Positions 1-9,397 of a DNA stretch of 64,000 bases are shown one piece after another; positions within the stretch are counted from its first letter, which is position 1; every line of letters begins with the position of its first letter. The notes below the pieces were generated by a model, which made no database searches, was not told where the DNA came from, and was given only the letters and a program-made list of their open reading frames with translations. The position numbers were made by a program, and so were the translations under genes. The DNA is from an uncultured Candidatus Saccharibacteria bacterium. GTDB taxonomy: Bacteria > Patescibacteriota > Minisyncoccia > Phycocordibacterales > JACNGX01. The stretch is taken from NCBI GenBank assembly GCA_964621395.1, contig CAZULS010000002.1:87306-151305 (forward strand). Reading direction: 5' to 3'.

Positions 1-1362
1 CAGCGCGCTCTCGTGGAGAACGAATCGGCACGATCGTATCTGTATAAACGCGGCGTAAAGCCGGAGACACTGAAGGCATTTCGTATCGGCTTTGCTCCCG
101 ATTCGTGGGACGCTATTCTCACCCATCTTTCTTCTCTCGGATATACCGCCGAAGAGATTGAGGCAATTGGTCTTGTGAAGATATCCCAGAAGCCGGGGCA
201 TGCATCGCATTATGATCGTTTTCGGAGCAGAATTATGTTTCCGATTACCGATACGGCCGGCAGGGTGATTGGATTTTCCGGGCGTATCTTTGGTGAAGAT
301 AACGCTGAGGCGGCAAAGTATATCAATTCACCGGAAACCGATATCTACAAAAAGTCACACGTTCTTTTCGGATTCGATAAAGCACGCACCGCACTAAGAG
401 AGAAAAAGCGAATTGTCATAGTGGAAGGGCAGATGGATTTACTGTTGTGTCACCAGGCAGGATATGTCGAGACCGTTGCGCTTTCCGGGACGGCGCTCAC
501 TCCAGAGCAAGTGACAATGATGGAGCGACTCACGAAGGAGGTGATTTTTGCTTTTGATGGCGATAGTGCCGGTATTGCGGCAGCCGAGCGCTCCGCCCGC
601 ATCGGACTCTCCGCCGGGTTGGATGTGCGTATGGTGGAGCTTCCGGAAGGGAAAGATCCGGCTGATGTGATTGGGGAGAATGCCGAAGAATGGGAAAAGA
701 TTCTCTCGCAAGCACCGCATATTATCGACTTCTTCACCGCACGATGGAAAAAAGAGGGAAGTGATATGCGACAATCGGCGCTTTTGGTCTCCGAGCATGT
801 GGTACCGCTTATAGCGCTCATACCCAATGCCTTGGAGCAAGATCACTTTGTTCAATTGACTGCCGGGGCGCTTTCAACATCACCTGATGCGGTTCGTGCG
901 GAAGTAGAGAAACATGAGTCCACTCCCAGGAATCACGTGTCTACACAGCAAAAAGAGAAGGATGCGCGCGCCGGTGAGAGCAATGCAACAAAACGCGCGT
1001 TGCACGAAGAATATATGATTGGTATTCTCGAATGGCAAAAGAGCGCTGAAGAGCAAGGAATCGTGCCCGAAGAAGCGTTCACGCGCATGAATGAGATATT
1101 GGAAGGGGAGAGCGTGTCGTTTGATTCGTATGATGAGACCACGCGCACCCGGCTTGCCTTTGAAGCTGAAGAGCGCTGTGTGCAGGGAGACGTGTCACCG
1201 AAGGACGAATGGGAAGAGCAATTTATTCTCTGGAAGAGAGCGATTCTCTCCGAAAGAAAAGAGTCGGTGACCAAAGCGCTCGAAGAGGCACGCTTTAGCG
1301 GAGCCGACACTTCGGAGCTTATGAAAACATTTCAGGATATCATTCGCGCAGAGGAAACATAA
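1..1362 (+). CDS. dnaG: DNA primase (5' end outside window)
   Basis: DRFRSRIMFPI, KYINSPET, TOPRIM VEGQMD and FDGD motifs; directly upstream of rpoD. Confidence 0.97.
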   Translation, partial: QRALVENESARSYLYKRGVKPETLKAFRIGFAPDSWDAILTHLSSLGYTAEEIEAIGLVKISQKPGHASHYDRFRSRIMFPITDTAGRVIGFSGRIFGEDNAEAAKYINSPETDIYKKSHVLFGFDKARTALREKKRIVIVEGQMDLLLCHQAGYVETVALSGTALTPEQVTMMERLTKEVIFAFDGDSAGIAAAERSARIGLSAGLDVRMVELPEGKDPADVIGENAEEWEKILSQAPHIIDFFTARWKKEGSDMRQSALLVSEHVVPLIALIPNALEQDHFVQLTAGALSTSPDAVRAEVEKHESTPRNHVSTQQKEKDARAGESNATKRALHEEYMIGILEWQKSAEEQGIVPEEAFTRMNEILEGESVSFDSYDETTRTRLAFEAEERCVQGDVSPKDEWEEQFILWKRAILSERKESVTKALEEARFSGADTSELMKTFQDIIRAEET

Positions 1363-1363
1363 A

Positions 1364-1407
1364 TACGCGAATTACGAATATGATACGAATATACGAATTA
1401 CGAATAC
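1364..1407 (+). repeat. TACGAAT-type tandem tract after dnaG stop
   Basis: gcgaattacgaatatgatacgaatatacgaattacgaatac. Confidence 0.85.
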
Positions 1408-1416
1408 TCCGTCTGC

Positions 1417-1505
1417 TGTCATTCCGGACTTGATCCGGAATCTACAGGGTTATATAACCCACTCACTTCTGCCTGGATTCCTGGTCACCAGAGCCAGGAA
1501 TGACA
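1417..1505. repeat. TGTC-tagged REP-like palindromic pair. Other copies approx. 7643-7733, 13536-13600, 17312-17381, 18201-18326, 19705-19850, 27124-27303, 31058-31162, 38234-38400, 38798-38924, 56869-57029, 62143-62219, 63368-63536
   Basis: tgtcattccggacttgatccggaatc ... gattcc-hairpin-ggaatgaca; consensus GTCATCCCGCACTTGATGCGGGATC recurs across the window. Confidence 0.9.
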
Positions 1506-1555
1506 AGATATTTTTTAAGTTTATCGTTTATAGTTAATAGTTCATCGTTTCCCAT

Positions 1556-2974
1556 ATGTCCACATCCACATCAAAAAAGAAGACAGCGAAGAAACCCTCA
1601 GTGAAGAAGGCGGTAAAAAAGGCGCCGAAAAAAGCACCGGCAAAGCCTAAACAGAAGCAAGCTTCTGTCGGCCAGAGAAAAGCGACGAAAAAGACAACAA
1701 CAAAAAAGACGGCGAAAAAACCTACCGTAAAAAAGGTGGCGAAGCCTAAACGCCAGCAAGCTGGCGTCGGCCGCGGAAAAGCTCCTGCGAAAAAGGCGAC
1801 GGTCAAAAAAACTGCTTCAAAGAAGGTGACTAAGAAGCCGGTGAAAAAGACTGTAGCAAAAAAAGCACCGGCAAAGAAAGCAGCAAAAAAAGTGGTGCCG
1901 AAAAAGCTCACTCCCAAAGATAAAGCGATGTACGAACGTGCGGATGCTCTCCTTGCCAAAGGAAAAGAGCGCGGCTTTGTGACGTACAGCGAAATCCTCA
2001 AAGAGTATCCCGATATTGAGCGCAACATCATCTTTCTTGAGGAGCTGTATGATATGTTTGGAGAGGCGGGCGTGGATGTGCTTGAAGGAGGAAATCTTCT
2101 TGAAGATTTGGATGACTCGCTCGACGAGAAGAATATTCCGCACGATGCCTCATACGATTCCGTGCAGATGTATTTGCGCGAAATTGGTCAGTATCCGCTC
2201 ATCAATGCTGCCAAAGAGCGCGAATTGGCGCAGCGCATTGAGAAGGGCGATGAAGAAGCAAAAGGACTTCTTGTGCGTGCCAATCTCCGACTCGTGGTTT
2301 CCATTGCCAAAAAATATGTTGGCCGTAGTCCGGATTTGACACTCCTTGACCTCATTCAAGAGGGGAATATTGGTCTCTTCAAGGCGGTGGAAAAATTCGA
2401 TTGGTCCAAGGGTTTCAAATTTTCCACGTATGCGACCTGGTGGATTCGCCAGGCGGTGACTCGTGCGCTTGCGGATCAATCACGCACCATTCGTATTCCG
2501 GTGCACATGGTGGAGACGATTGCGAAGTATAAGCAGGTGGTGAAGCGCTTGACCCAGGACCTCGGACGTGAACCGATGCCGGAAGAGATTGCCACCGAGA
2601 TGAATATCGATGTGGAGAAGGTACATCAGATTCGCACCATCAATCAAGACACTGTCTCACTTGAAAAGCCGATTGGTGATGAAGAAGATTCGGTGCTTTC
2701 CGATTTTATCCCCGACGACAAAATGCTTTCCCCTGATGCCGAAACTGCACGCAATATTTTGCGCGAGCAGGTGATTGAAATTCTCAACGACCTCTCACCC
2801 AAAGAGCGCAAGATTTTGGAAATGCGCCACGGACTCTCCGATGGTGTCATGCATACGCTTGAAGAGGTGGGCCGTGAATTCGGCGTGACTCGTGAGCGTA
2901 TTCGCCAAATCGAAGCAAAAGCACATGAAAAGATTCGTCAGCATGAGAAGGCGGCGAAGTTGAAAAATTATTAA
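1556..2974 (+). CDS. rpoD: RNA polymerase primary sigma factor with Lys/Ala-rich N-terminal extension
   Basis: [54 protein letters not shown]. Confidence 0.98.
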   Translation: MSTSTSKKKTAKKPSVKKAVKKAPKKAPAKPKQKQASVGQRKATKKTTTKKTAKKPTVKKVAKPKRQQAGVGRGKAPAKKATVKKTASKKVTKKPVKKTVAKKAPAKKAAKKVVPKKLTPKDKAMYERADALLAKGKERGFVTYSEILKEYPDIERNIIFLEELYDMFGEAGVDVLEGGNLLEDLDDSLDEKNIPHDASYDSVQMYLREIGQYPLINAAKERELAQRIEKGDEEAKGLLVRANLRLVVSIAKKYVGRSPDLTLLDLIQEGNIGLFKAVEKFDWSKGFKFSTYATWWIRQAVTRALADQSRTIRIPVHMVETIAKYKQVVKRLTQDLGREPMPEEIATEMNIDVEKVHQIRTINQDTVSLEKPIGDEEDSVLSDFIPDDKMLSPDAETARNILREQVIEILNDLSPKERKILEMRHGLSDGVMHTLEEVGREFGVTRERIRQIEAKAHEKIRQHEKAAKLKNY

Positions 2975-3141
2975 GCGAACGATAAACTTTAAACGATAAA
3001 CGATAAAACAAAAAACACGAGTTTTTGCCCCGCGAAGCCTTGGCGGAGTGGGGTGAGCCCGTGTTTTTTGTGTATAGAAATAAAAAGCGGCGAGATGTTT
3101 TTTAAGGACATCTCCCGCTTGAGAGGCTTGTGCCGAACTAA

Positions 3142-3549
3142 TTACCATGTGCAGACCGTAAGAATTTTATTGGGCCCGCATACGGCATTGTTTTGGACGA
3201 TAATTTTTTCTGCCGTAATTAGAACGAGGTCATCAGTCACAGGACTAAGACGGAGTCCTACCGTCTCTTCTTTACCGGAAAAGTAGATTTGCGTGTCAAG
3301 AGAGAAACGAGACTGCCATGTTTTTGTATATGTTATCCTGCAGATGTCTCCCGATTCTACAACTTCCCCGCGTAGCACATTTGCACCAGCTGAAGCTAGT
3401 ATGTTTCTAAGGAAGAAGGCGCTCATCGAGCCCCAGGTACGGTGCACCCTTATAGTAAGATGATTTTTGTCGTCCAGTGCGGCTTTCAATCTTGTGAGTA
3501 TGTCCGACGTGTTTAGATCCGTTACTTTTGTCCAAGTATTGTCTTCCAT
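3142..3549 (-). CDS. hypothetical protein (AT-rich orphan)
   Basis: 135-aa ORF filling the gap between rpoD and sufB; no recognised motif. Confidence 0.55.
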   Translation of the reverse strand: MEDNTWTKVTDLNTSDILTRLKAALDDKNHLTIRVHRTWGSMSAFFLRNILASAGANVLRGEVVESGDICRITYTKTWQSRFSLDTQIYFSGKEETVGLRLSPVTDDLVLITAEKIIVQNNAVCGPNKILTVCTW

Positions 3550-3616
3550 TATTTTTTCTCCGGATGAGGTTCTTGTTGACCAAAATCAATATATATTATA
3601 GTATTGTCAATACCAT

Positions 3617-4924
3617 ATGCAGAAAGGCCTCACAAAACGTCTTGTGCGTGATATATCAAAGGGGAAAGGGGAGCCGGCGTGGATGCGGGAGTGCCGCTTC
3701 GCCGGTTTTTCCGCGTATCAGAAGATGGATATGCCGAAGTGGGGTCCGGATCTCTCAAAGCTCAATCTGAAAGACATTTCTTTCTATACGCCGGCGCCTG
3801 TTGGTGAAGCAGACACATGGGAGGGTGTGCCCGAGGATGTGCGTAAGCCGTTTGAGAAAGCGGGTGTGGCGAAAGAAAAAGACATGGGCGGAAGCGGTGC
3901 GCAATTTGATTCGGGTGTGGTGTATCATCACATTAAAGAAACGCTCACTCGCCAAGGGGTGATATTTATGAATATGGACAGTGCGCTTCGTGAGCATGAG
4001 ACACTGGTGCGGGAATATTTTGGCTCGGTGGTGCGTCCCGATGAGCATATCTTCACCGCCGCACACTATGCGGCAACGAGCGGCGGGACCTTTGTGTATG
4101 TGCCCAAGGGTGTGCGCGTGTCACTTCCTCTTCAGGCGTTTTTCTGGATGAATAGTGACGGGGGTGGACAATTTGAACACACGCTGATCGTTGCCGATGA
4201 GGGCTCGTCGGTCACCTATATCGAAGGATGCGGATCGCCGGCATATCGCAATGCCGCACTTCACGCAGGTGTGGTGGAAGTGATTGTGAAGAAGAATGCA
4301 TCGGTGGAATATATTAGCATTGAGAACTGGGCGAAAAATACCTACAATCTCAACACCAAACGTGCGCATGTGGAAGAAGGAGGATCGATAAAGTGGCTCG
4401 GAGGAAATATGGGCGCCGGTGTGACCATGCTGTATCCGACATCTGTTCTGAAAGGGAAAGGGGCACGGGCTCATCACGAGTCTGTGGCTGTGGCAGGGAG
4501 TGGCCAGGTGCAGGATACCGGTGGACGAGTGATTCATGCTGCGGCTGAGACATCCTCGACTTTGCATTCGCGAAGCGTGGTGCGCGAAGGGGGAGTATCG
4601 AATTTTCGCGGACATGTGGAAGTGAAAGAAGAGGCCTCAGGTGCACTTTCCTCTATGGTATGTGATTCGCTCATGCTCGATAATGATTCATCTTCGGCGT
4701 CGTATCCGGTCGTTGCTTCAAAGCGGAGTGATGTGGAGCTTTCGCATGAGGCACGGATTGGCTCGGTGGGGGAAGAAGAACTTTTCTACGCAGCAACGCG
4801 CGGTCTTTCAGAGAAGGAGGCCGTCCGGCTTATCGTGGGCGGATTTGTGCAGCCCGTCATCCGTGCCATTCCGATGGAATATGCACTTGAGTTTAATCGT
4901 CTGTTGGATGAGGAATTTAAGTGA
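3617..4924 (+). CDS. sufB: Fe-S cluster assembly scaffold SufB
   Basis: GQFEHTLI, YIEGC, LHAGVVE, YNLNTKRA, CDSLML, HEARIG. Confidence 0.9.
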   Translation: MQKGLTKRLVRDISKGKGEPAWMRECRFAGFSAYQKMDMPKWGPDLSKLNLKDISFYTPAPVGEADTWEGVPEDVRKPFEKAGVAKEKDMGGSGAQFDSGVVYHHIKETLTRQGVIFMNMDSALREHETLVREYFGSVVRPDEHIFTAAHYAATSGGTFVYVPKGVRVSLPLQAFFWMNSDGGGQFEHTLIVADEGSSVTYIEGCGSPAYRNAALHAGVVEVIVKKNASVEYISIENWAKNTYNLNTKRAHVEEGGSIKWLGGNMGAGVTMLYPTSVLKGKGARAHHESVAVAGSGQVQDTGGRVIHAAAETSSTLHSRSVVREGGVSNFRGHVEVKEEASGALSSMVCDSLMLDNDSSSASYPVVASKRSDVELSHEARIGSVGEEELFYAATRGLSEKEAVRLIVGGFVQPVIRAIPMEYALEFNRLLDEEFK

Positions 4925-4930
4925 CAAATA

Positions 4931-5041
4931 CTCTAGGTTAAACCTAGAAAACAAGTACCGATAGCAAAGAGAAAAACATTTTTCAACAGGACAATAGATT
5001 TTTGATATAAAATAACGATATTTTCTAGGTTTAACCTAGAG
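4931..5041. repeat. AGGTTNAACCT-core palindrome family. Also 15672-15724, 15809-15861, 18336-18356, 27227-27275; related 35292-35340
   Basis: ctctaggttaaacctagaaaa ... ttttctaggtttaacctagag inverted arms bracket the sufB-sufS spacer. Confidence 0.75.
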
Positions 5042-5051
5042 TAAACACTGT

Positions 5052-6272
5052 ATGACACATATTGACACTAAAAAAATTAAATCCGATTTCCCTATCTTCG
5101 GAAACATGCCGGAAGGTTTTGCGTATCTCGACAATGCGGCAACAAGCCAAACCCCGCAGTGCGTGATTGATGCGCTTACGAAATACTACACTCATGAACG
5201 CGCCAATATTCATCGTGGCTCATACGCGCTTGCTGAAAAGGCGACGGCTCGATATGAAGAAGCACGTGAACGCATTGCTGATTTTATCGGTGCAGAGAAA
5301 GAGGAGATTGTGATAAGCGGCGGGGCAACACTTGCCTCTAATATGCTCATACTCATGCTTGAGGCCGCCCACACCTATCGCGCGGGAGAGGAGATTGTAA
5401 CGACTGTCTCCGAGCATCATTCATTGCTTGTGCCTCTCCAGGAGCTTGCTGAGCGCAAAGGCATGAACCTACGCTTCGCGCCTCTTTGTGAGGGTGGTAT
5501 GGTTGATGAAAAGGAAATGAAAAAGCTCATCACGCGGAAGACGCGCATCGTGGCTATGAGCATGGCAAGTAATGTGACAGGCGCGGTGATGCCATATGAG
5601 AGAGTGATGCATGCGGCAAAGGAGGCGGGTGCTATCGGTATCTTGGATGGCACGGCATATGTTGGTCATGCGCCGCTGTCTGTGGGTGAGATGTCGGCGG
5701 ATGCAATGTTTTTCTCAGGGCATAAGATGTGCGGGCCGATAGGTGTAGGGATTTTGTATATGAAAGATTCGCTGATGAGGAGATTGCGCCCGGTCTTTTT
5801 TGGCGGCGGTATCGTGGAAGAGGTTACAAAGAGTGGTGCACGATGCACTGATGCGCCGTATAAATTTGAAGCGGGAACTCAGCCGATTGCGGAAGTGATT
5901 GGATTGGGGGAAGCAGCTACGTATCTTTCCGGTATCGGGCTTGAATCTATTTCCGCGCATGTCCGTGAGCTTGTGGATTATGCACGTGCCGAGATTGGGA
6001 ATATTCAAGGCGTGAAGATCTACGCTGCACCGGCGGAAAAGAACATTGGTATTGTGTCGTTTACGGTTTCAAATATTCATCCGCATGACATTGCGCATAT
6101 TGCAGGAGAGGAGGGAGTGGCACTTCGTGCCGGGCATCACTGCGCGGAGCCATTGGTGCGAGAGCTTGGAGAGGTGGCGACTGCCCGCGCGAGTTTTTAT
6201 CTGTATAATACAAAGGAGGATGTCGATGCACTCGTGCGTGCAATTAAAAAAGCCCAGCACATATTCACATGA
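5052..6272 (+). CDS. sufS: SufS-type cysteine desulfurase
   Basis: YLDNAATSQ, FSGHKM (PLP Lys), RAGHHCA. Confidence 0.95.
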   Translation: MTHIDTKKIKSDFPIFGNMPEGFAYLDNAATSQTPQCVIDALTKYYTHERANIHRGSYALAEKATARYEEARERIADFIGAEKEEIVISGGATLASNMLILMLEAAHTYRAGEEIVTTVSEHHSLLVPLQELAERKGMNLRFAPLCEGGMVDEKEMKKLITRKTRIVAMSMASNVTGAVMPYERVMHAAKEAGAIGILDGTAYVGHAPLSVGEMSADAMFFSGHKMCGPIGVGILYMKDSLMRRLRPVFFGGGIVEEVTKSGARCTDAPYKFEAGTQPIAEVIGLGEAATYLSGIGLESISAHVRELVDYARAEIGNIQGVKIYAAPAEKNIGIVSFTVSNIHPHDIAHIAGEEGVALRAGHHCAEPLVRELGEVATARASFYLYNTKEDVDALVRAIKKAQHIFT

Positions 6273-6274
6273 TT

Positions 6275-6362
6275 GGGTACGAAGTACGAATCAATACGAA
6301 CATACGAAGACAGGGCCTGGAAAAGTAATGTTCGTATGTTCGTACTCGTTCGTAGTTCGTAA
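6275..6362. repeat. 88-bp TACGAA-arm palindromic cassette, copy 1
   Basis: one mismatch versus 6728-6815; fills the sufS-sufU spacer. Confidence 0.95.
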
Positions 6363-6366
6363 TCAT

Positions 6367-6726
6367 ATGTATAATTTATACCACGAAGAAATTATGGAAC
6401 ATGCGCGCAACCCTCTTCATAAAGGGGTGTGTGAGGACGCGACCCATACACATAAGGGTGTGAATGCAGGATGCGGTGACGAGATTTCTCTTTCTGTGAA
6501 AGTCTCTGACGGTATCATTGAAAGTATGTGCTTTGATGGAGAAGGATGTGCGCTTTCCGTGGCTGCGTGTGATATGCTTTCCGGTGTGGTGAAAGGCAAA
6601 AGGGTGGAGGATGTGCTTTGTATGTCGCCGAAGGACATCTATGATATGCTTGGTGTTTCGGTGACGCCATCGCGAACGAATTGCGCTCTCTTGGGTTTAA
6701 GAACACTGCATAAGATGCTAAGGTAG
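6367..6726 (+). CDS. sufU: SufU/IscU-type scaffold protein
   Basis: LYHEEIMEHARNP, NAGCGDEI, GEGCALS, RTNCALL; start moved to ATG 6367. Confidence 0.9.
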   Translation: MYNLYHEEIMEHARNPLHKGVCEDATHTHKGVNAGCGDEISLSVKVSDGIIESMCFDGEGCALSVAACDMLSGVVKGKRVEDVLCMSPKDIYDMLGVSVTPSRTNCALLGLRTLHKMLR

Positions 6727-6727
6727 C

Positions 6728-6815
6728 GGGTACGAAGTACGAATCAATACGAACATACGAAGACAGGGTCTGGAAAAGTAATGTTCGTATGTTCGTACTC
6801 GTTCGTAGTTCGTAA
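6728..6815. repeat. 88-bp TACGAA-arm palindromic cassette, copy 2. Longer relatives at 34162-34270 and 36042-36150
   Basis: gggtacgaagtacgaatcaatacgaacatacgaag ... gttcgtatgttcgtactcgttcgtagttcgtaa. Confidence 0.95.
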
Positions 6816-6819
6816 CTAT

Positions 6820-7563
6820 ATGATTTTTTCTACACACAATATTCATATCACGACAAAGGACGGTACTGAAGTGGTTTCGGGTGTGTCGCTTGAGCTTGAA
6901 AAAGGGAAGTGTGCGGTGCTCATGGGGAAAAACGGATCCGGTAAGAGCTCGTTTGTCCTTGGATGTATGGGTCATCCGCGATATGCCATTACGGAAGGGT
7001 CGGTGCAGGTGAGCGGTATGGAGATAACCACTCTCCCTACACACGAACGCGCACGAAACGGCATGTTTCTTTCTCCGCAAGCATCCCCGGCTATTTCGGG
7101 TGTTGCACTTGGGTCATTTATCCGGTCTGCCGATACCCATCTTCATCCGAAGCATGAGCATACACCACTTGCATTTCATACAGAGCTCACCAAGAAAGCG
7201 ACGGAGGCAGGTTTTGATGCCGAGCTCCTCTCTCGTGGTGTGAATACTGAGCTTTCAGGAGGACAGAAAAAACAAACCGAGATTATACAGCTTCTTGCAC
7301 TTGCACCGAAGGTTGCGCTTCTTGATGAGATTGATTCAGGTGTTGATATTGAAACACTCAATGCCGTATGCGAGAGTATTCGAAAGGCATGTGAAAAGGG
7401 CACGGCAGTTCTCGTGGTAACGCATAATCCGGAAGTGGTGAAGAAACTTTCTCCCAACCGTGTGTACGTTATGGATGGGGGGAGAATCGTTGCTTCAGGT
7501 GATGCTTCGCTTGCGGAGAAAGTGAAAGATGAAGGGTTTGGCGGAGTGGAGGGAGAGACATAA
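6820..7563 (+). CDS. sufC: Fe-S assembly ATPase SufC
   Basis: MGKNGSGKS, MGHPRY, LSGGQKK, LLDEIDSGVD; start moved to ATG 6820. Confidence 0.93.
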   Translation: MIFSTHNIHITTKDGTEVVSGVSLELEKGKCAVLMGKNGSGKSSFVLGCMGHPRYAITEGSVQVSGMEITTLPTHERARNGMFLSPQASPAISGVALGSFIRSADTHLHPKHEHTPLAFHTELTKKATEAGFDAELLSRGVNTELSGGQKKQTEIIQLLALAPKVALLDEIDSGVDIETLNAVCESIRKACEKGTAVLVVTHNPEVVKKLSPNRVYVMDGGRIVASGDASLAEKVKDEGFGGVEGET

Positions 7564-7772
7564 GGGTACGCCTAGCCCGTGCCGAGCCACGGTCGGCCTA
7601 GGGAACTACGAACGAGTACGAACATACGAAACGTACCTTTACTGTCATTCCTTGCTTGACCAGGAATCTACAGGGTTATATGACCCACTCACTTCTGCCT
7701 GGACGGGATGACAAAAGAGAGGGATGACAACACATAGTTTATCGTTAATCGTTTATAGTGTATCGTTTACAT

Positions 7773-8075
7773 ATGCCACACACAGAAGACATACGAGAAG
7801 CGCTTAAAGAGGTGAAAGATCCGGAGCTTGATATTGATATTGTCACGCTCGGGCTTATTCGTGAGATTGCCATCGATGAAGAAAAGGAAGGAGAGGTGCC
7901 GGGTGTGGAGATAACGATGACCCTTACCACACCGCTGTGTCCTTTTGCCGATTCACTCATTGAGGCAGTGGAAGACACGCTCACAAAGCTTGGATTTGAA
8001 AATACTCGAGTAGAGCTTTCTTTTGATCCTCCGTGGGAACCGCCGGCAGATATTCGCACTATGTTGGGGGTGTAG
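7773..8075 (+). CDS. DUF59 (SufT/PaaD-like) metal-sulfur cluster assembly factor
   Basis: VKDPELDIDIVTLGLI, MTLTTPLCP, FDPPW. Confidence 0.92.
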   Translation: MPHTEDIREALKEVKDPELDIDIVTLGLIREIAIDEEKEGEVPGVEITMTLTTPLCPFADSLIEAVEDTLTKLGFENTRVELSFDPPWEPPADIRTMLGV

Positions 8076-8138
8076 AAAAAAGTTTCGAGTTGCGAGTTAC
8101 AAGTTACGAGAAGGGTGCGCTTGCGCGCACCTGGCAAA

Positions 8139-8181
8139 TCAACAAACGGGCGGCACCGAAGGTGCCGCCCGTTTGTTGTTA
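8139..8181. terminator. bidirectional intrinsic terminator between convergent genes
   Basis: aacaaacgggcggcacc-gaa-ggtgccgcccgtttgtt. Confidence 0.75.
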
Positions 8182-9378
8182 TACCGTAAACTGTCCGTTT
8201 TGATAGATGATTTGTTTTATCCCATCTTTCAATGTGGCAGTGACAGTGCGGGGCGATGTGGCAATCAAGTCTACATGAATGGGGGAGTCGTTGAAGCCGA
8301 GAGCATCCCATTCTTCAGGGGTTTTGTCTTTGTCTCCGCTGTAACACATATGAAAGCTTTTTCCGATAGCAATATGAGTGTTTCCTTCTGGCCCACCAAC
8401 ATTTTCATCATATAATGTTTCTCCCATAAATGTTGTGATGTGTGAAAGACGACCGTCGGTCATGGAGAATTCTCCGACACGATTTCCTCCCTGCTGATCC
8501 AGAAGACTTTTCAGGAGCGCTTTACCTTCATCGGCATGATACTCAGTGACAATACCGTCCTCAAAAGTGAGTGATATTCCTTTCATGAGGTTTCCGTTAT
8601 GGTATATCGGCTCGGTAAACGTGATATGACCGTTTACCGTGCGGTAGTCAGGTGAAGTAAACACTTCAAAGCTTGGGATATTATGACCAGAGCCTCCTTT
8701 CCAGATACGCCCTTCGCCGAGTTCCATGGAAATATCCGTGCCAGGTGCCTCAATACGAATGGAGTGAATTGGAAGGCTATCCAGGACTTCTTTTACACGA
8801 CCTATTTCTCCATGTACTTCTTTCCATTTGGCAATCGGATCAGACTCATCAAGAAAACATGCTCGAATAATTTGCTCCCAATATTTTTCTTGTGAGAGTC
8901 CGACTTCACGCGCCATCGCTTCGGTACCATAGAGGGCGGCTGTCCATGTGTAGCCCCCTTGATCTTCCTTTTGTTTCTTCCAGTCAATGTATGGTTTCAT
9001 CGCTCTGCTCCTCCGCATGATTTTCTCCGGATCAGTACGCTCAAGCTCGTGTTTGTCGTCTGTAGAAATAATGCCGATTTGATGATCAAAAAGATTGGCT
9101 CGAGCACGATGATATTCTTCGGGGAAGAAATTAAGTTGCTCATCTGAAGTGTGTTCAAAGAAGCTCTTATCCAACCCTTCGGGAATATACTGCAAAACCA
9201 TGTGTCCGCCCGCTTTGAGAATCGCTTCCTGAATATGAACGAGAAGTGGCTTTGCTGATTCTTTTATAGCTACATTCACCACCTCTCCTTTCTGCACACC
9301 CTTACCATCATCCAGTGCGAAATTCACCAAGACATTGGCGTAGGCACGAAGGATATTGTCTGGAGGAGTATAGCTCAT
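8179..9378 (-). CDS. M29-family aminopeptidase (AmpS/aminopeptidase T-like)
   Basis: HNIPSFEVFTSP, VGEF, LYDENVGG..HIAIG, NDSPIHVDL. Confidence 0.92.
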   Translation of the reverse strand: MSYTPPDNILRAYANVLVNFALDDGKGVQKGEVVNVAIKESAKPLLVHIQEAILKAGGHMVLQYIPEGLDKSFFEHTSDEQLNFFPEEYHRARANLFDHQIGIISTDDKHELERTDPEKIMRRSRAMKPYIDWKKQKEDQGGYTWTAALYGTEAMAREVGLSQEKYWEQIIRACFLDESDPIAKWKEVHGEIGRVKEVLDSLPIHSIRIEAPGTDISMELGEGRIWKGGSGHNIPSFEVFTSPDYRTVNGHITFTEPIYHNGNLMKGISLTFEDGIVTEYHADEGKALLKSLLDQQGGNRVGEFSMTDGRLSHITTFMGETLYDENVGGPEGNTHIAIGKSFHMCYSGDKDKTPEEWDALGFNDSPIHVDLIATSPRTVTATLKDGIKQIIYQNGQFTV

Positions 9379-9397
9379 GGGAGTTGGGAGTTTTGGC

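Noticed and set aside
6046-6366. N-terminal extensions of sufU in the ORF track (likewise sufC, RNase H-like gene, dnaJ, trpS, acyltransferase)
   Set aside because: They translate repeat cassettes or overlap upstream genes; homology begins at the downstream ATGs used here
6275-6815. Possible CRISPR array from repeated TACGAA units
   Set aside because: No constant repeat with unique equal-length spacers and no cas genes; these are short tandem tracts
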